Source: Anaerolineae bacterium
Lineage (GTDB): Bacteria > Chloroflexota > Anaerolineae > B4-G1 > DUEL01
Assembly: GCA_050049355.1 (NCBI GenBank)
Contig: JASFWK010000001.1
Location: 13,681-77,680 of the forward strand
DNA length: 64,000 nt
Direction of reading: 5' to 3'
The first letter of the stretch is position 1, and each line of letters opens with the position of its first letter. Positions 47,809 to 59,600 of the stretch are shown piece by piece. The position numbers and the translations under genes are program-made. Under the pieces are notes generated by a model. It saw nothing but the letters and a program-made list of their open reading frames with translations, did not search any database and was not told the origin of the DNA.

Positions 47809-48804
47809 ATGGCTATAGAGGAAGTCACACGGGTCAAAACCAAATACACTCGACCTTTGCTGAGTAAGGGCAATGTGGTGGCCTGCGGGGTTGGGTACAA
47901 GGAAGTCGGTGGGGTCAGGACTGACGAGTTGTGTGTAGTCGTCTCGGTCGCCAAGAAGGTGCCCAGCGCGGAGTTGGCGCCCGCCGACCTCGTCCCTCAA
48001 CTCTTGGAGGGGGTCAAGACGGACGTGCAAGAGACCGGCGTGATCCGCGCGCTGCAGGATCATACCGACAGGTGGCGCCCGGCGCCGGGGGGCGTTTCCT
48101 GCGGTCACATCGACATCACGGCGGGCACGCTCGGCTGTCTGGTGAGCAGGGGAGACCAGATCTACATCCTGAGCAACAACCACGTCTTGGCCAATTCGAA
48201 CCAGGGCCAGCGTGGCGATCCGATCCTTCAGCCAGGCCCCCACGACGGCGGTACCAGCGAGGATCTGATCGCTCTCTTGGAGCAGTTTGTGCCCATCAAC
48301 TTCGCTATTGACGTTTCGGACTGCCCGATTGCCACCGGTGCAGCCGCGGTGCTCAACTGGGTAGCGAGGCTTCTGGGCTCCCGACACTGGCTTCAGGCTG
48401 TCCAAGAGAGCCCTGAGGCGAATCTAGTGGACGCCGCCATTGCCAGCCCCGTCTCTCTGGGTCTTGTGGAGAAGCGGATCCTTGAGATCGGCGAGCCACA
48501 GGGGGTTGCCGAAGGGACGCTAGGTCTGGAGATTCGCAAGAGCGGACGTACCACAGGTCTGACCAGCGACGAGATCACCCAGGTCGATGTCACCGCGCAG
48601 GTGGTATACGGTGTGGGGAAGCTGGCTATCTTCGCTGACCAGTTGATGGCTGGACCAATGAGCTCGGGCGGCGATTCGGGATCTGCCGTGCTGGATGAGA
48701 ATGACCGCGTCGTGGGCCTTCTTTTTGGCGGCTCTCGCTCGGTCACGCTCATCAATCGCATCCAGAATGTTCTCGAAGCACTGGATGTGGACATAGATCC
48801 TTGA
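47809..48804 (+). CDS. Trypsin/chymotrypsin-like (S1) serine peptidase domain protein (start at MAIEEV)
   Basis: Catalytic-triad contexts NNHVLAN...D...GDSGSAVL; no signal peptide. Confidence 0.7.
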   Translation: MAIEEVTRVKTKYTRPLLSKGNVVACGVGYKEVGGVRTDELCVVVSVAKKVPSAELAPADLVPQLLEGVKTDVQETGVIRALQDHTDRWRPAPGGVSCGHIDITAGTLGCLVSRGDQIYILSNNHVLANSNQGQRGDPILQPGPHDGGTSEDLIALLEQFVPINFAIDVSDCPIATGAAAVLNWVARLLGSRHWLQAVQESPEANLVDAAIASPVSLGLVEKRILEIGEPQGVAEGTLGLEIRKSGRTTGLTSDEITQVDVTAQVVYGVGKLAIFADQLMAGPMSSGGDSGSAVLDENDRVVGLLFGGSRSVTLINRIQNVLEALDVDIDP

Positions 48805-49058
48805 GCGCCGAACCGAGGGGTTGGCGATCGGCCAACCCCCGGTCTGCGTAACCCCTCAAGTGGCTGACATGGGGGTTCTGGATGATCGCCGGAGCAGGGT
48901 CTGATGACAGCACGGCCATTGGAGAGGTAGTGGATCAATCGAAATCTCTTCACCCCCTCGTCCCCCCGCACTGCGGGAGGGATCAGGGGCAGAGGAAGTG
49001 TGTGCTAGATGATTCTCTGCGAGCACCTGCAGTGAGAAGGGATTAGGGGAGGGGGTCC

Positions 49059-49550
49059 ATGGAGGTGCACGTTGTCGTGACGTACGGCGGGCTGCTGGGG
49101 AGGCTGGCCCGCTGGTTCGGGCTGACGTGGAGCCACGCCGCGCTGCGCTACGCGCGGGACGCCCAGGCCAGCGCGCGAATTATCGAATCAGGGGCTTGCG
49201 GGATCAAGGAGCGCTCGTGGGAGGATTTCGTGGCCGGAGCTGAGGAGCATCAGGCCCTACAGATGAAGGAGTCTCTGCCCGAGGTGACGAAGCGCGAGAT
49301 CGTCGCCTACGCGTGGGGTAACGTGGGAAAGCCGTACAACTACTGGTGGCTGATCAAGATCGCCTGGGAGCTGGTCAAACGCCGCTTTGTGGTGGGCGCG
49401 CTCACGTACCCGGCTCACGTCTGCTCGAGCCTGGTCTATGATTGCTTCCTCTATGCGGGGGTGGACCTGCTTCCCGGCCACGAGGACGTGTTGGTCACGC
49501 CCGACGATCTGGCCAGCAGTCCTCTACTGGAGGCGGTCGAGCTTCCCTGA
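49059..49550 (+). CDS. Permuted papain-like amidase (YiiX/YaeF, C92-like)
   Basis: Conserved Cys/His pattern (...GACGIKE...HVCSSLVYDCF...). Confidence 0.5.
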   Translation: MEVHVVVTYGGLLGRLARWFGLTWSHAALRYARDAQASARIIESGACGIKERSWEDFVAGAEEHQALQMKESLPEVTKREIVAYAWGNVGKPYNYWWLIKIAWELVKRRFVVGALTYPAHVCSSLVYDCFLYAGVDLLPGHEDVLVTPDDLASSPLLEAVELP

Positions 49551-49660
49551 GGCTTGGTCTCCCGGGTGTACCGTGATACATCGGGCTACCCGCCTGTCCG
49601 GTGTGGACCGATCCCGTGGCCTGTGAGAGTAGTCCTTGCGGTGAAAGAGAGGGACCACTG

Positions 49661-51766
49661 ATGAAACGGGCGTTGACGTTGATCGTGGCGGCTGTTGCTC
49701 TTGTGGCCGGGGTCTGTTGGCTGGTATTTCCCCTCGGTCGGGCGGCCGATGATGGGCCGGTCGATCTTATTCCGACGGCTTTTGCGTACTTGCCCTTCGT
49801 GCGGAGAGATTCAGGACCCACTGCTCAGCCCCCGCTTACGCCTACGCCGACGCTGGTGCCGGGCGAGACGGGTGAGGTGACGAACCTGCAGCACAACGCC
49901 GGCGATTACCCAGATGGCGTCGTGCCGCGATATGGCTTGTTTGAATTGCGCTTTGATCTCACAGTAGATTATCCGCATAAGTACTACTTCTTTGACCCAG
50001 AGGACACCCCCCAGCGAGACCCCGGCAGGGAGTCGCCTTACGGCGTGGACGGCGTGTCGGTCGACGCGCACTTTCTCGCTCCATCCGGGGCCGAACTGAC
50101 TGTCCCCGCGTTCTGGTATGAGGAGCAGACGCGCCGGGTTGAGGGCGAAGTGGAGACTGTGGAGCCGACGGGGGAAGCCTGGTGGGCGGTACGGTTTGCC
50201 CCATCCGAGGAGGGGCAACATCGATTCTATCTTACTGTACAGGACAAGCATGGGACCACTCGCCATCCAGAGAGTGGGCATCTGACCGTTTCGGTTGGGA
50301 CTTCGGAGAGTCGGGGCTTCATTCGGCTGGATGCGGACGATCCTCGGTGGCTGGTCTATGACGACGGTACCCCGTTCATCGGTGTGGCCTCCGATAGCCT
50401 CCAGTTCTGGGGGGCGTCGCGCTTGGGGGCCGCTTGGTACGAGCGGGAGATTGCGAGAGTTGCGGACTACGGGACGAATCTCCTGCGGGTGTGGACCGAG
50501 TGTGATGGAGGATATGGGCTCGTGTTTGAGAGTCGTTACACGGAGGGCACACCCGGCGACCCGGCGAGCGCTCCGAAGGGAACGTGGGTGAATCAACCAT
50601 CGGCCTGGCGGATTGATCGGGTCCTGGAGGCAGCACAGACCCACGGAGTGGCTCTTCTCTTCAGCGCACACGGCGATGTCTACTGGCAGTGGGATGCCAG
50701 TGTACGACACGAAGGGTGGAATCCCGACCCGGTGGCGTGGGACGACTGGCGCCATTTGAACTATTGGAAGCGGAATTTCCGTTTGCGGGTGGCGCGATTT
50801 GGGTGGTCGACGGCCGTGCTCGCTTGGAGCACGTGGAATGAGCATGGTCACATTTCGCCCGATACTGATATCTACCGGTTCTATCAGTCGTACAGCGAGT
50901 ATCAGCGGGCAGCCGATCCCTACAACCACCTGCTGACCACGGGCTTTGGATCGCAGGTGTGGGAGCCTTCGTTCTGGGCTTCCGGGGCGGTGGACATTGC
51001 CACGTATCACGACTATATGATGTGCCGCCGCTACCCGGCCCTGTGCGGCGACGTGGCCGAGTTTGTCCACCGATTCAGCCAGTGCCTGCGCAGCGAAGAC
51101 CTGGATTGGTCAGGTGACCACGGCTGCGGGCTTGGCATTCGGTGGGACCTGGAAGGTGTGGGGAGTGGGATGCCGATCCTATGGTCTGAGTTTGGGATAG
51201 GCGCCGACGACTGGGCTGCTGGACCGCTCCTGGAGGCCTACCAGGGCGAAGCCGGCGCTCGGGCCACGCACAACCGTCTCTGGGCAGGCCTCTTCTCGCC
51301 GCTTGGGACAGCGCCGATTGAGTGGTATTGGAATGCTCAGGATGATGTGACGCGGGAGAGAACGGCCGCCTCGACCGAGGTAGCGCGCCTCTTCTTCGAT
51401 GCCTTCAGCCACGAAGGAGTGGGATTTGCCGCCACCGAGGATGTGAATGTTGGCAACTACGTCGGCCCCTCCGTGGAGAGCGACGGGGCGCGTGCGCTTG
51501 CCATCATACTGCCGGGCGGTGAAGGCATCTATGCTTGGCTCCAGAATCCGGCCCATACTTGGGCCGATGCGCCCAATCTGCCTGCGCCTATCTCTGGGCA
51601 GTTTACGGTGCCTGGCGTGGAGCGAGGCACCTACCGGGTTGAGTGGTGGAACACCCGGGACGGCACGACTACGGACGGGGGAACTGTGACTGTGGGAGAG
51701 GACACGAACCTTACGTTGGAGTACCAAGACCTCGTCCGAGACGTCGCCGTCAAGATCGTCCGGTGA
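49661..51766 (+). CDS. Secreted glycoside hydrolase, GH5-like TIM barrel (DUF5060 + DUF4038 architecture)
   Basis: Signal peptide; Ig-like N-terminal domain; TIM-barrel region with conserved WSTWNEHG / WSEFG acid-base and nucleophile contexts. The N-terminal ~65 aa are paralogous to 60824..61261. Confidence 0.7.
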   Translation: MKRALTLIVAAVALVAGVCWLVFPLGRAADDGPVDLIPTAFAYLPFVRRDSGPTAQPPLTPTPTLVPGETGEVTNLQHNAGDYPDGVVPRYGLFELRFDLTVDYPHKYYFFDPEDTPQRDPGRESPYGVDGVSVDAHFLAPSGAELTVPAFWYEEQTRRVEGEVETVEPTGEAWWAVRFAPSEEGQHRFYLTVQDKHGTTRHPESGHLTVSVGTSESRGFIRLDADDPRWLVYDDGTPFIGVASDSLQFWGASRLGAAWYEREIARVADYGTNLLRVWTECDGGYGLVFESRYTEGTPGDPASAPKGTWVNQPSAWRIDRVLEAAQTHGVALLFSAHGDVYWQWDASVRHEGWNPDPVAWDDWRHLNYWKRNFRLRVARFGWSTAVLAWSTWNEHGHISPDTDIYRFYQSYSEYQRAADPYNHLLTTGFGSQVWEPSFWASGAVDIATYHDYMMCRRYPALCGDVAEFVHRFSQCLRSEDLDWSGDHGCGLGIRWDLEGVGSGMPILWSEFGIGADDWAAGPLLEAYQGEAGARATHNRLWAGLFSPLGTAPIEWYWNAQDDVTRERTAASTEVARLFFDAFSHEGVGFAATEDVNVGNYVGPSVESDGARALAIILPGGEGIYAWLQNPAHTWADAPNLPAPISGQFTVPGVERGTYRVEWWNTRDGTTTDGGTVTVGEDTNLTLEYQDLVRDVAVKIVR

Positions 51767-52433
51767 GGAGTGCGCCTCGCTGATGTGGGTCGGCTCAGCA
51801 CGGACTCCGATACTTGCCCGTGGTGCGCCTTCTTGGTTTGGAGTGGCAGCGACCCACCGGTCGGTGGTGCACGTGATGCGGTGCGTACACTTGGACGGTG
51901 TCCGGGCCCGTGCCCCAGTGTTTAGCGATTCTCTAGTTTCCCTATCCCGCCACCCGCCTCGGCAGCTCCAAGCCGGGGCGGACCCCCTGTAGGTTGCGGT
52001 ACACCGTGGATTGAAGACGTCTCTAGAGCTGCCGGTGTCCGACGACTCGTTGGCGTACCCTGCAGACCGGCCACCAACCTTGACTTCCAGGCGAGGTTGG
52101 GCTAGACTGTATGTGGATCAGAGGAGTAACCAAGTCTCCTGTTCTTGCCCTTCTACCCGCAGCACATCGGCGACCTCTCCAGTGAGAAGTTACCTCGGCT
52201 TCCACGTCTAGGGACTGGCGAGAGTCTGAAGGTGCGCCTCGCGGACTTCGTCCGACATCCCCCTCCGATCTCTGCTACCAAGAACGAGATCATCAGCCCC
52301 GCGTAGTCTGCAACCTCGACGGATGCACCAAAGACGTTGGGTGGAGAAAGCGCCACAACGCTGCATCGGAGCCGCTGGGTCTTCTTCGACCAGAGAAAAC
52401 CGTTGTGAGACAGCCTGACCGTGGAGTAGGCGG

Positions 52434-53939
52434 ATGAAGCGCGTAACCTTGCTCTTGCTGTTTCTCTTGGCAAGCGGCTGCACCTCGATTCCCAGAGCCT
52501 GGCCTGCTGTCCCATCTTCCACCACACCGATTGGCGGGACGGAAGGGGACCGAGAAGCGATTACGCTGGCGCTGACTGGTGACGTCATGCTGGGCCGTGA
52601 TGTGGACGCAATGATCCTCGAGAACGGCCCTCTCTACCCCTGGGGAGATCTCCTGCCTTTGCTTCAAACAGCCGATCTTCTGTTGATCAATCTGGAGAGC
52701 GTCATCGCCGAGGGCGGTGAGCCATTCCAGCCTCCCAGGGTCTTCTATCTCAGAGCTGATCCCAAGGCCATCGAAGTGCTGACCAGGGCTGGTGTTGACT
52801 ATGTGACACTCTCCAACAACCACACCATGGACTTCCAGGAACCGGCCCTGCTGGAAACCATTCATCATCTGGATGAGTACGGCATTGCCCACGCCGGGGC
52901 GGGCGCGGACATCGAAGAGGCCTCTCGGTTCGCGATGCTAGAGGCCAGGGGAATCAGAGTTGGGGTGGTGGCCTTTGCCGACCACTATGAGGAATACGCC
53001 GCCACAGAGGACAGTGCCGGCACCAACGTCATTTCGATCAGCGTTGAGGGACCGCATTTCAGTCGAGTTGAGCGGGCCATCGATGCCGTCCGCGCCGCCG
53101 GGGCGGACCTGGTGGTCTTCTCCATTCACTGGGGGCCAAATATGAGGCACGTCCCCCCGCCGGAGTTCAGAGAGTTTGCCCGAGCGGTGATAGACGCAGG
53201 GGCAGATATCTTCCACGGCCACAGTGCGCACGTCTTCCAAGGGATTGAGATCTATGAGGGGAAGCCCATCCTGTACGATACCGGAGATCTGATCGACGAC
53301 TATTACGCGTTTGAGCAGCACAGGAACGATCAGCAGCTCCTCTTTCTGATCACCGCCACTGGTAGCGGGGTGGAGGGAATCGAGCTGGTACCGGTGTTGA
53401 TCTCCAATTCGCAAGTCAACGTGGCCGACGTAACCGCCTTTGACCAGATCTACCATCGGATCCGAGACCTATCGGCCGCAATGGGGACCGAGGTCAGGCG
53501 CGAGGGAGACCGTCTGGTAATCGATGTGAGCGCGCCGCCTGCTCCTGTCACAAGTCTACCCGCTTACCTGGAGAGAGTGTCGCCGGCTCCCGGCACGCGG
53601 AGGTCGGTTAAGGGGGAAAGTCTCTTGCTGCGTGTTGACGTGCTTGCAGATGGAATGAGGGCGGCCGACGAGGAGCTCAGCCGGCAAGAGGTCATCTTGC
53701 GCAATGTGCTCATATACGATGGTGTTGTTATGCAGTGGCAGGGCTATGCAGATGATGGTGGGTGGATGGTGGGGGACGCTGAGGGAAGTCAGGTGTACCG
53801 TGTTGCACCAAGTCTGTACCAGGTGTTTTGGAGCGCGCCGTGCGAACCTGGACTGCACGAGGTGACGCATATTCTGCACAGCGGCTCGGGGGAAGTGCTT
53901 GAGTACACGTGGTACTTCGAGTTGGCCGTAGAAGACTAG
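52434..53939 (+). CDS. CapA-family (poly-gamma-glutamate biosynthesis-like) metallophosphoesterase lipoprotein
   Basis: Lipobox LLASGC; CapA motifs GDVMLGR...NLES...SNNHTMD...HWG. Confidence 0.8.
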   Translation: MKRVTLLLLFLLASGCTSIPRAWPAVPSSTTPIGGTEGDREAITLALTGDVMLGRDVDAMILENGPLYPWGDLLPLLQTADLLLINLESVIAEGGEPFQPPRVFYLRADPKAIEVLTRAGVDYVTLSNNHTMDFQEPALLETIHHLDEYGIAHAGAGADIEEASRFAMLEARGIRVGVVAFADHYEEYAATEDSAGTNVISISVEGPHFSRVERAIDAVRAAGADLVVFSIHWGPNMRHVPPPEFREFARAVIDAGADIFHGHSAHVFQGIEIYEGKPILYDTGDLIDDYYAFEQHRNDQQLLFLITATGSGVEGIELVPVLISNSQVNVADVTAFDQIYHRIRDLSAAMGTEVRREGDRLVIDVSAPPAPVTSLPAYLERVSPAPGTRRSVKGESLLLRVDVLADGMRAADEELSRQEVILRNVLIYDGVVMQWQGYADDGGWMVGDAEGSQVYRVAPSLYQVFWSAPCEPGLHEVTHILHSGSGEVLEYTWYFELAVED

Positions 53940-54211
53940 CCCCGCTTAGGGAGCGCCGCCGGGATGCCTGCCAGAATGGTGCCGGGGTACTGGTGCGTCC
54001 CAGCCAACCTCCTGCTCACCTTCGCAAGATCGGCGATGGTGCGTGCCAGCTCAAGGATGCGGTGGAAAGTCCGTGCGCTCATCTGCAGCTGCTCCATCGC
54101 CGCGCCCACGCGAGCTCGTCCCGATTCATCTGGTTGACGGATCTCCCGCAGTTCGGCCGGCCTCCGCGCGATTTCGCGCTTGTGACCATCGTGACCACTG
54201 GGTTTCTCCAC
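53936..54211 (-). pseudogene. Remnant of the 3' end of a yifB/comM-like Mg-chelatase-family ATPase gene (displaced copy)
   Basis: Its translation (...DESGRARVGAAMEQLQMSARTFHRILELARTIADLA...) aligns with the C-terminus of the intact gene at 63203.. . Nucleotides 54027-54162 are ~85% identical to 63279-63414. Confidence 0.6.
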
Positions 54212-54629
54212 GCAAACACGCGCTCAGCGCATTGACCTCTGTGCAGACTTCTGCTATTATGGAGGTGCAGCGAGCGCACGAGAACATCTCTCCCGCAAAT
54301 TCCTCTTCCGCTGTGCCCGAACCGAATCCACGACACCACCGGCGAGAAGCGGCCTGTAGTGCCAAGGATGCGACGCCCTCGCGAGTGCATGCTGGCAGAG
54401 TTCGCTGGTCAGAGAGAGCGGTTGGCGATCGTCTGCGGAGGCCATCACTCTCTTTCTGGCGAAGAGGACTTCCACCGCGCTCCTTCCCCACTCCGGAGGA
54501 GGCGCTGCGCTGCGGCGGCATTCAGCTCACATCTATCGAGATGACGGCCCGCAAGGAGATGGAGCTGGAGAATGCGTGGGCGGGAGGAATGATCATCAAT
54601 CTGTGTTGGTCAGCGGAAGGGGAAGCGGG

Positions 54630-56312
54630 ATGACCTCCGACGCCAAGGTAAGTGACTTCACAGACCTGACCCCTCAACGGCAAGCCGCGCTGGTGGAGCG
54701 GTACGCGCGGATCATCGAGTTAAACCACCATCTCAACTCAGTGCTGGAACTGGCGCCCCTGCTCCAACTCATTATCGACGCCGCCTGCGAGCTGACAGAT
54801 ACGGAACGCAGCTCGATCTTGCTCGTCGACCAGGAGACTGGGGATCTCTACTTCGAGGCAGCCACGGTTGAGGAGAAGCAAGAGCTTCAGCGTTTCCTGG
54901 TACCGATGGACACGAGTATCGCCGGGTGGGTGGTGCAGCACAACGAGCCTCTCGTGATTCGGGATGCGCAAGAGGACGAGCGTCTTTTCAAACGGGTCGA
55001 TGCGGACCTGGGGTTCACCACGCGCAGCTTGATCGCTGTTCCCCTTTCGGTTAAGGGCCAGGTCATCGGCGTGCTGAATGCGCTCAACAAAGCTGAGGGC
55101 CAGTCCTTTGACGAGGACGACGCGAACCTGTTGGCGATTCTGGCGACTCAGGCCGCTGTGGCTATCGAGAATGCTCGTCTCTACCAAGAGACGCTGCGGA
55201 CCAAGGAGTTCAACGAGGGTCTGGTGCGAAGCATGGCTGAGGGGATGGTCGTGACAGATGCCAAAGGACAAATCACCTTGGTCAATCCGGCTGCGGCGAG
55301 CCTGCTCGGCTATGCGCCCGGGGAGTTGATGGACAGGCGCTGGACGACCATCGTTCCGTCAGACCACCATGCCACCGTTGCAGCAGCAGAGGAAGGCCAG
55401 GTGTATGGCGAAGCCGATCGCTACGAGATTGAGCTGGTGCGCAAGGACGGTGGGCGGATTCCTGTCTTGGTCAGCAGCATCCCCCGTTTCGATGGGGATG
55501 CGGGTTGCTTTGCAGGCACTATGAGGGTCTTCACCGACATCACCCAACTCCTAGCTCACCAAAAAGCCAAGCAGGAGTTGGCTCTGGCCTGGCAAGTACA
55601 GGCCAGCTTCCTGCCGGAAGACTTGCCGGACGTCCCTGGTTGGCAGCTGACAGCGACACTGGAGCCTGCCCGACAGACGTCCGGCGACTTCTACGATGTC
55701 ATGGCCTTGCCGAACGGACGACTAGGGATACTAGTCGCGGATGTAGCCGACAAGGGGCTGGGGGCAGCGCTGTACATGGCGTTGAGCCGCACAGTCATCC
55801 GTACCTACGCTGTTGAATACGACACCGAGCCTGAACTTGTGCTCACCGCTGCCAATCGCCGCGTTCTGGCAGACACCCGCGCCAGCATGTTCGTCACTGT
55901 CTTCTACGGCATCCTCGATCCAGGCAGCGGAACATTGACCTACTGCAATGCTGGACATAACCCCCCATACCTTCTAAGTCCTCATGCCAGAGACACAGTT
56001 CAAGCGCTGCGGAGAACGGGCATGGCGTTGGGTGTGTTGGAAGATGAGAGCTGGAAACAGGGGGTTGCTCAGCTTGCTCTTGGTGACACGTTGGTGCTCT
56101 ATACAGACGGGGTCATCGATGCGGAGGATGGAAGGGGGACGTTCTTCGGCACGGAGAGGCTGCTAGAGGTTGCGCGAGCCAACCTCCGCCGCTCAGCTCA
56201 GTGCGTGCACGAGGCCATCATCGCTGAGGTTCGTCAGTTCACGGGCGATGCGCCCCAGTTTGATGACATCACGTTGATGGTCCTCGCTCGAAACCCGGCG
56301 TCGAGCGCATAA
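54630..56312 (+). CDS. GAF-PAS-PP2C (SpoIIE/RsbU-family) serine/threonine phosphatase (start at MTSDAKV)
   Basis: GAF domain, PAS domain, then PP2C metal-binding aspartates (GDFYD...DVADKG...DGV...DDIT). Confidence 0.85.
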   Translation: MTSDAKVSDFTDLTPQRQAALVERYARIIELNHHLNSVLELAPLLQLIIDAACELTDTERSSILLVDQETGDLYFEAATVEEKQELQRFLVPMDTSIAGWVVQHNEPLVIRDAQEDERLFKRVDADLGFTTRSLIAVPLSVKGQVIGVLNALNKAEGQSFDEDDANLLAILATQAAVAIENARLYQETLRTKEFNEGLVRSMAEGMVVTDAKGQITLVNPAAASLLGYAPGELMDRRWTTIVPSDHHATVAAAEEGQVYGEADRYEIELVRKDGGRIPVLVSSIPRFDGDAGCFAGTMRVFTDITQLLAHQKAKQELALAWQVQASFLPEDLPDVPGWQLTATLEPARQTSGDFYDVMALPNGRLGILVADVADKGLGAALYMALSRTVIRTYAVEYDTEPELVLTAANRRVLADTRASMFVTVFYGILDPGSGTLTYCNAGHNPPYLLSPHARDTVQALRRTGMALGVLEDESWKQGVAQLALGDTLVLYTDGVIDAEDGRGTFFGTERLLEVARANLRRSAQCVHEAIIAEVRQFTGDAPQFDDITLMVLARNPASSA

Positions 56313-56614
56313 TGGATGGCACAGCGGCAGGCAATTCACCACAATGTCAAGTCACGCATCCGACGCTGCAGACGCACGCCCTCCAAGACATACGATCATC
56401 CGTTTCCGAAGGGCTGTGTGATCCCCTTCAGAAGGACCGGTGAACGTGCACTATTGGGCGTTGTCCTCGCTTGGACCGCGCTGCGTTGAATCAGGTGGCG
56501 AGCCGATGGAAGTCGCTGTCGCCACCGTCCTGATGTGCCGTTTCCGGGTAGGAGGCCTGCAGAGGACGCGCCACGTCACCACTCGCATCCTGTTCTCATA
56601 GGGGGAGATTCGCG

Positions 56615-59600
56615 GTGGGATGTCCGAATTGTGACTTTGAGAGCTCGCCAAGAGCGGAGTTCTGCGGAATGTGTGGCACACGTCTGTCGCAGACGTGTGC
56701 CAGTTGTGACTTCGTCAACCCGCCTGATTATGGTTTCTGCGCCCAATGCGGCAGTCGTCTATCTGGGGAGCCTGGTCCGACACAGCCCTCTCAGCCGCGC
56801 CTCCCTGCCGCCGAGGCTCCCCCCTCACCAGTGGAACTCGAGGGCGAGCGCCGGCTGGCGACCGTCGTGCGCGCCGATGTGAGAGAGTCCACGAGTCTCC
56901 TGGAGCGAATCGGCAGCGAAGCCTGGGGCGAGATCATGAACTGCGTGCTACAGATGCTCGGATCGGAGATATGCCGGCTCGGCGGAGAGGTCAGCCAGTT
57001 CCTGGGGGATGGGCTGATGGCCTTCTTCGGCGTGACGACGACCCACGAGGATGACCCCGAGCGGGCGGTGTTGGCTGCCCTGGCTATGCAGAGAGCGATG
57101 AAAGCCTACGCCGCCGAACTAGTCGAACGAGAAGGTATCGAACTGCTCTTACGGGTTGGAGTGAACACGGGGGAGGTGATCGCCACTACCATCGGCGACA
57201 GCCGTCAGCACAGCGAGGACACAGCCCTGGGCGAAGCGATCGCTCTCGCAGCGCGTATGGAATCGGCCGCCGAGCCTGGCACCGTGCTGGTGAGCAAGAA
57301 CACCTACCGCCTGGTGCAACCGCTGTTCGAGTGGGAGGCGCTGGGGGAGATCGCGGTCAAGGGGATAAGCCAGCCGGTTGCCGTCTATCGCCCACTGGCT
57401 CACAAGGGCCTCCCTGGTAAGGCGCGAGGCATCGCCGGGCTGGAATCACCGCTGGTGGGCCGCCGGGCCGAGTTCCGTGCGCTCCAAGAGGCCGTAAAGC
57501 GCCTCCGCGCTGGCGTGGGTGGCATCGTGACCCTTGTGGGAGAGGCGGGAATCGGTAAGTCGCGGCTGGTGGCCGAGCTGCGCAAGGAGGAACCAGGGGA
57601 GCAGGACCCCAACCTGCAGTGGGTGACGAGCGGCTCTCTGTCTCGAGGTACCTCCGTCGCCTACCTCCCGTGGTTGGATGTCTTGCGTGGGCTTCTGGGA
57701 GTGACGTTGGACGATCCTCCGGCCAGCGTCAGGGACGCACTGCAGGAACGGGTGGAAGGCCTTGAGGACGTCTATCCTTTTCTCGCTCGCCTCTTGTCGC
57801 TGCCGCTGGGAGCCGAGGTTGAGACGACGCTGGAGAACGTGGAGGGGGAGCGCCTGAAGGTTAGCACGTTCCGCGCCGTGGAGGCCTTGATTGAGGAGGT
57901 GGCCCAGGAGCGCTCCCTGGTTGTGGTCCTTGAGGACCTCCACTGGGCCGATCCCATCTCGATTGAGCTATTGAAGGAACTGCTCGCTCTAACCGATCGG
58001 GGGATCCCGCTGTTATTCATCTGCGTCTTCCGTCCCGAGACGGAGCACGGCTGCTGGGATATCAAGGAGACCGCTGCCCGGTTCTACCGGCACCGTCATA
58101 TGGACATATGGCTCGATCCCCTCTCCGCTGCCGAGAGCGAGGAACTTCTAGGGAACCTGCTGCGTGTGGAGGGCTTGCCTTCTGAATTGGGGTCGAGCGT
58201 CCTCAGTCACGCCGAGGGCAATCCGCTCTACGTGGAGGAGATCATCCGCTCGTTGATAGACGGCGGAACTATCGAGCGGGACGAAGCCACCGGCGGCTGG
58301 CGGGCTGCTCGGGGTGTGGCCGCCATCGCGATCCCGGAGACGCTGCACGGGGTGCTCATGGCGCGCATTGATCGACTAGAAGAGGGGACCAGGCGAGTCT
58401 TGAAATTGGCAGCCGTGGTGGGGCGGATCTTCCGCTACCGCGTGTTGGCAGCCATCACCCACGAGGAACGTGAGCTGGAAAGGCACCTGCTGACGCTGCA
58501 GCGGGAGGAGATGATCCGCGAGCGGGCGCGGGTGCCAGAGTTGGAGTATATCTTCCGGCATCACCTGGTGCACGAGGCGGCCTACCGCAGCCTGTTGAGG
58601 AAGGAACGGCGCGTCTTTCACCGCCAAGTGGCGGGAGCGCTGGAGGAGTTCTTTCCCGAGCGGCTGGAGGAGCAGGCGGGGCTGCTGGCGCGCCACTGGG
58701 AGCGGGCGGGCGAGCCGGAGAAGGCGCTCAAGTACCTGCTGCAGGCGGGTGACCGCGCCCGCCGTCTAGGCGCCAGCCTGGAAGCGGTTGACTTCTATCA
58801 GCGGGCTCTCCAGAGTGCGGCTGAGCTCGAGGCGGGAGGGGAAGGGACTGAACTCCATCGCATTCATGAGAGTCTGGGCGATGTGTACCTGGTCAACCTA
58901 TCGCGCCATGACGAGGCACTTGAGCATTACAGGTCGTTTCTGGCCTCGGCCCGGTCGGAGGAGGATGTTGCACGGGGAGCGCGGAAGGTGGCCGGAGTAC
59001 ACTTGCTGCGCGGGAATCTGACAGAGGCGCGGAAACACTACGAGACGGCTCTGGATCGCCTGAGGCCTCTCCTACCTCTGGCGGAGGCCAGCCGTGTTCA
59101 TTTTGGACTTTCGTATCTCCTTGTCTACAGGAACCGCCTGGATGAGGCTGAGGAGCAGGCGCAGGCAGCTCTGGAGATTGCTCGCCAGGTGGGTGATACC
59201 CGAGGGTTGGCGGACGCCAACAAGGTCTTGGGGGTCATAGCTGCCCAAAGGGGGGATCTGGAAGCGGCGTGTGAGTATGACGAGCGGAGCTTGAAGTTCT
59301 ATCGCCAGTTGGGCGATCTGGCTCGAACCGCCCAGGCCTGTAACAATGTGGGCGACAGCTACCGACTGCTGGGCCAGATGGGCCGCGCTCTGGAGCGTCT
59401 GGAGGAGGGTCTCGAACTTGCCCGGCGGATCGGCGACACGCGGGACGAAGCACTCCTTCTCCAAACAGAGGCAGAGTTATACCTCGATCAGGGGGAGTGG
59501 GAGGAAGCGATTGCCCACCTGGAGCAGGCCTTGCCTTTGGCCGAGCGATCGGGGGCGGTGGCTCGAATGATTGAGGTCCATCGGATCCTCGGATCGGCCT

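Noticed and set aside
53936-54211. 91-aa ORF as a functional gene
   Set aside because: It encodes only the last ~45 residues of a YifB/ComM homolog plus unrelated sequence. It is better interpreted as a displaced 3'-end remnant (pseudogene).
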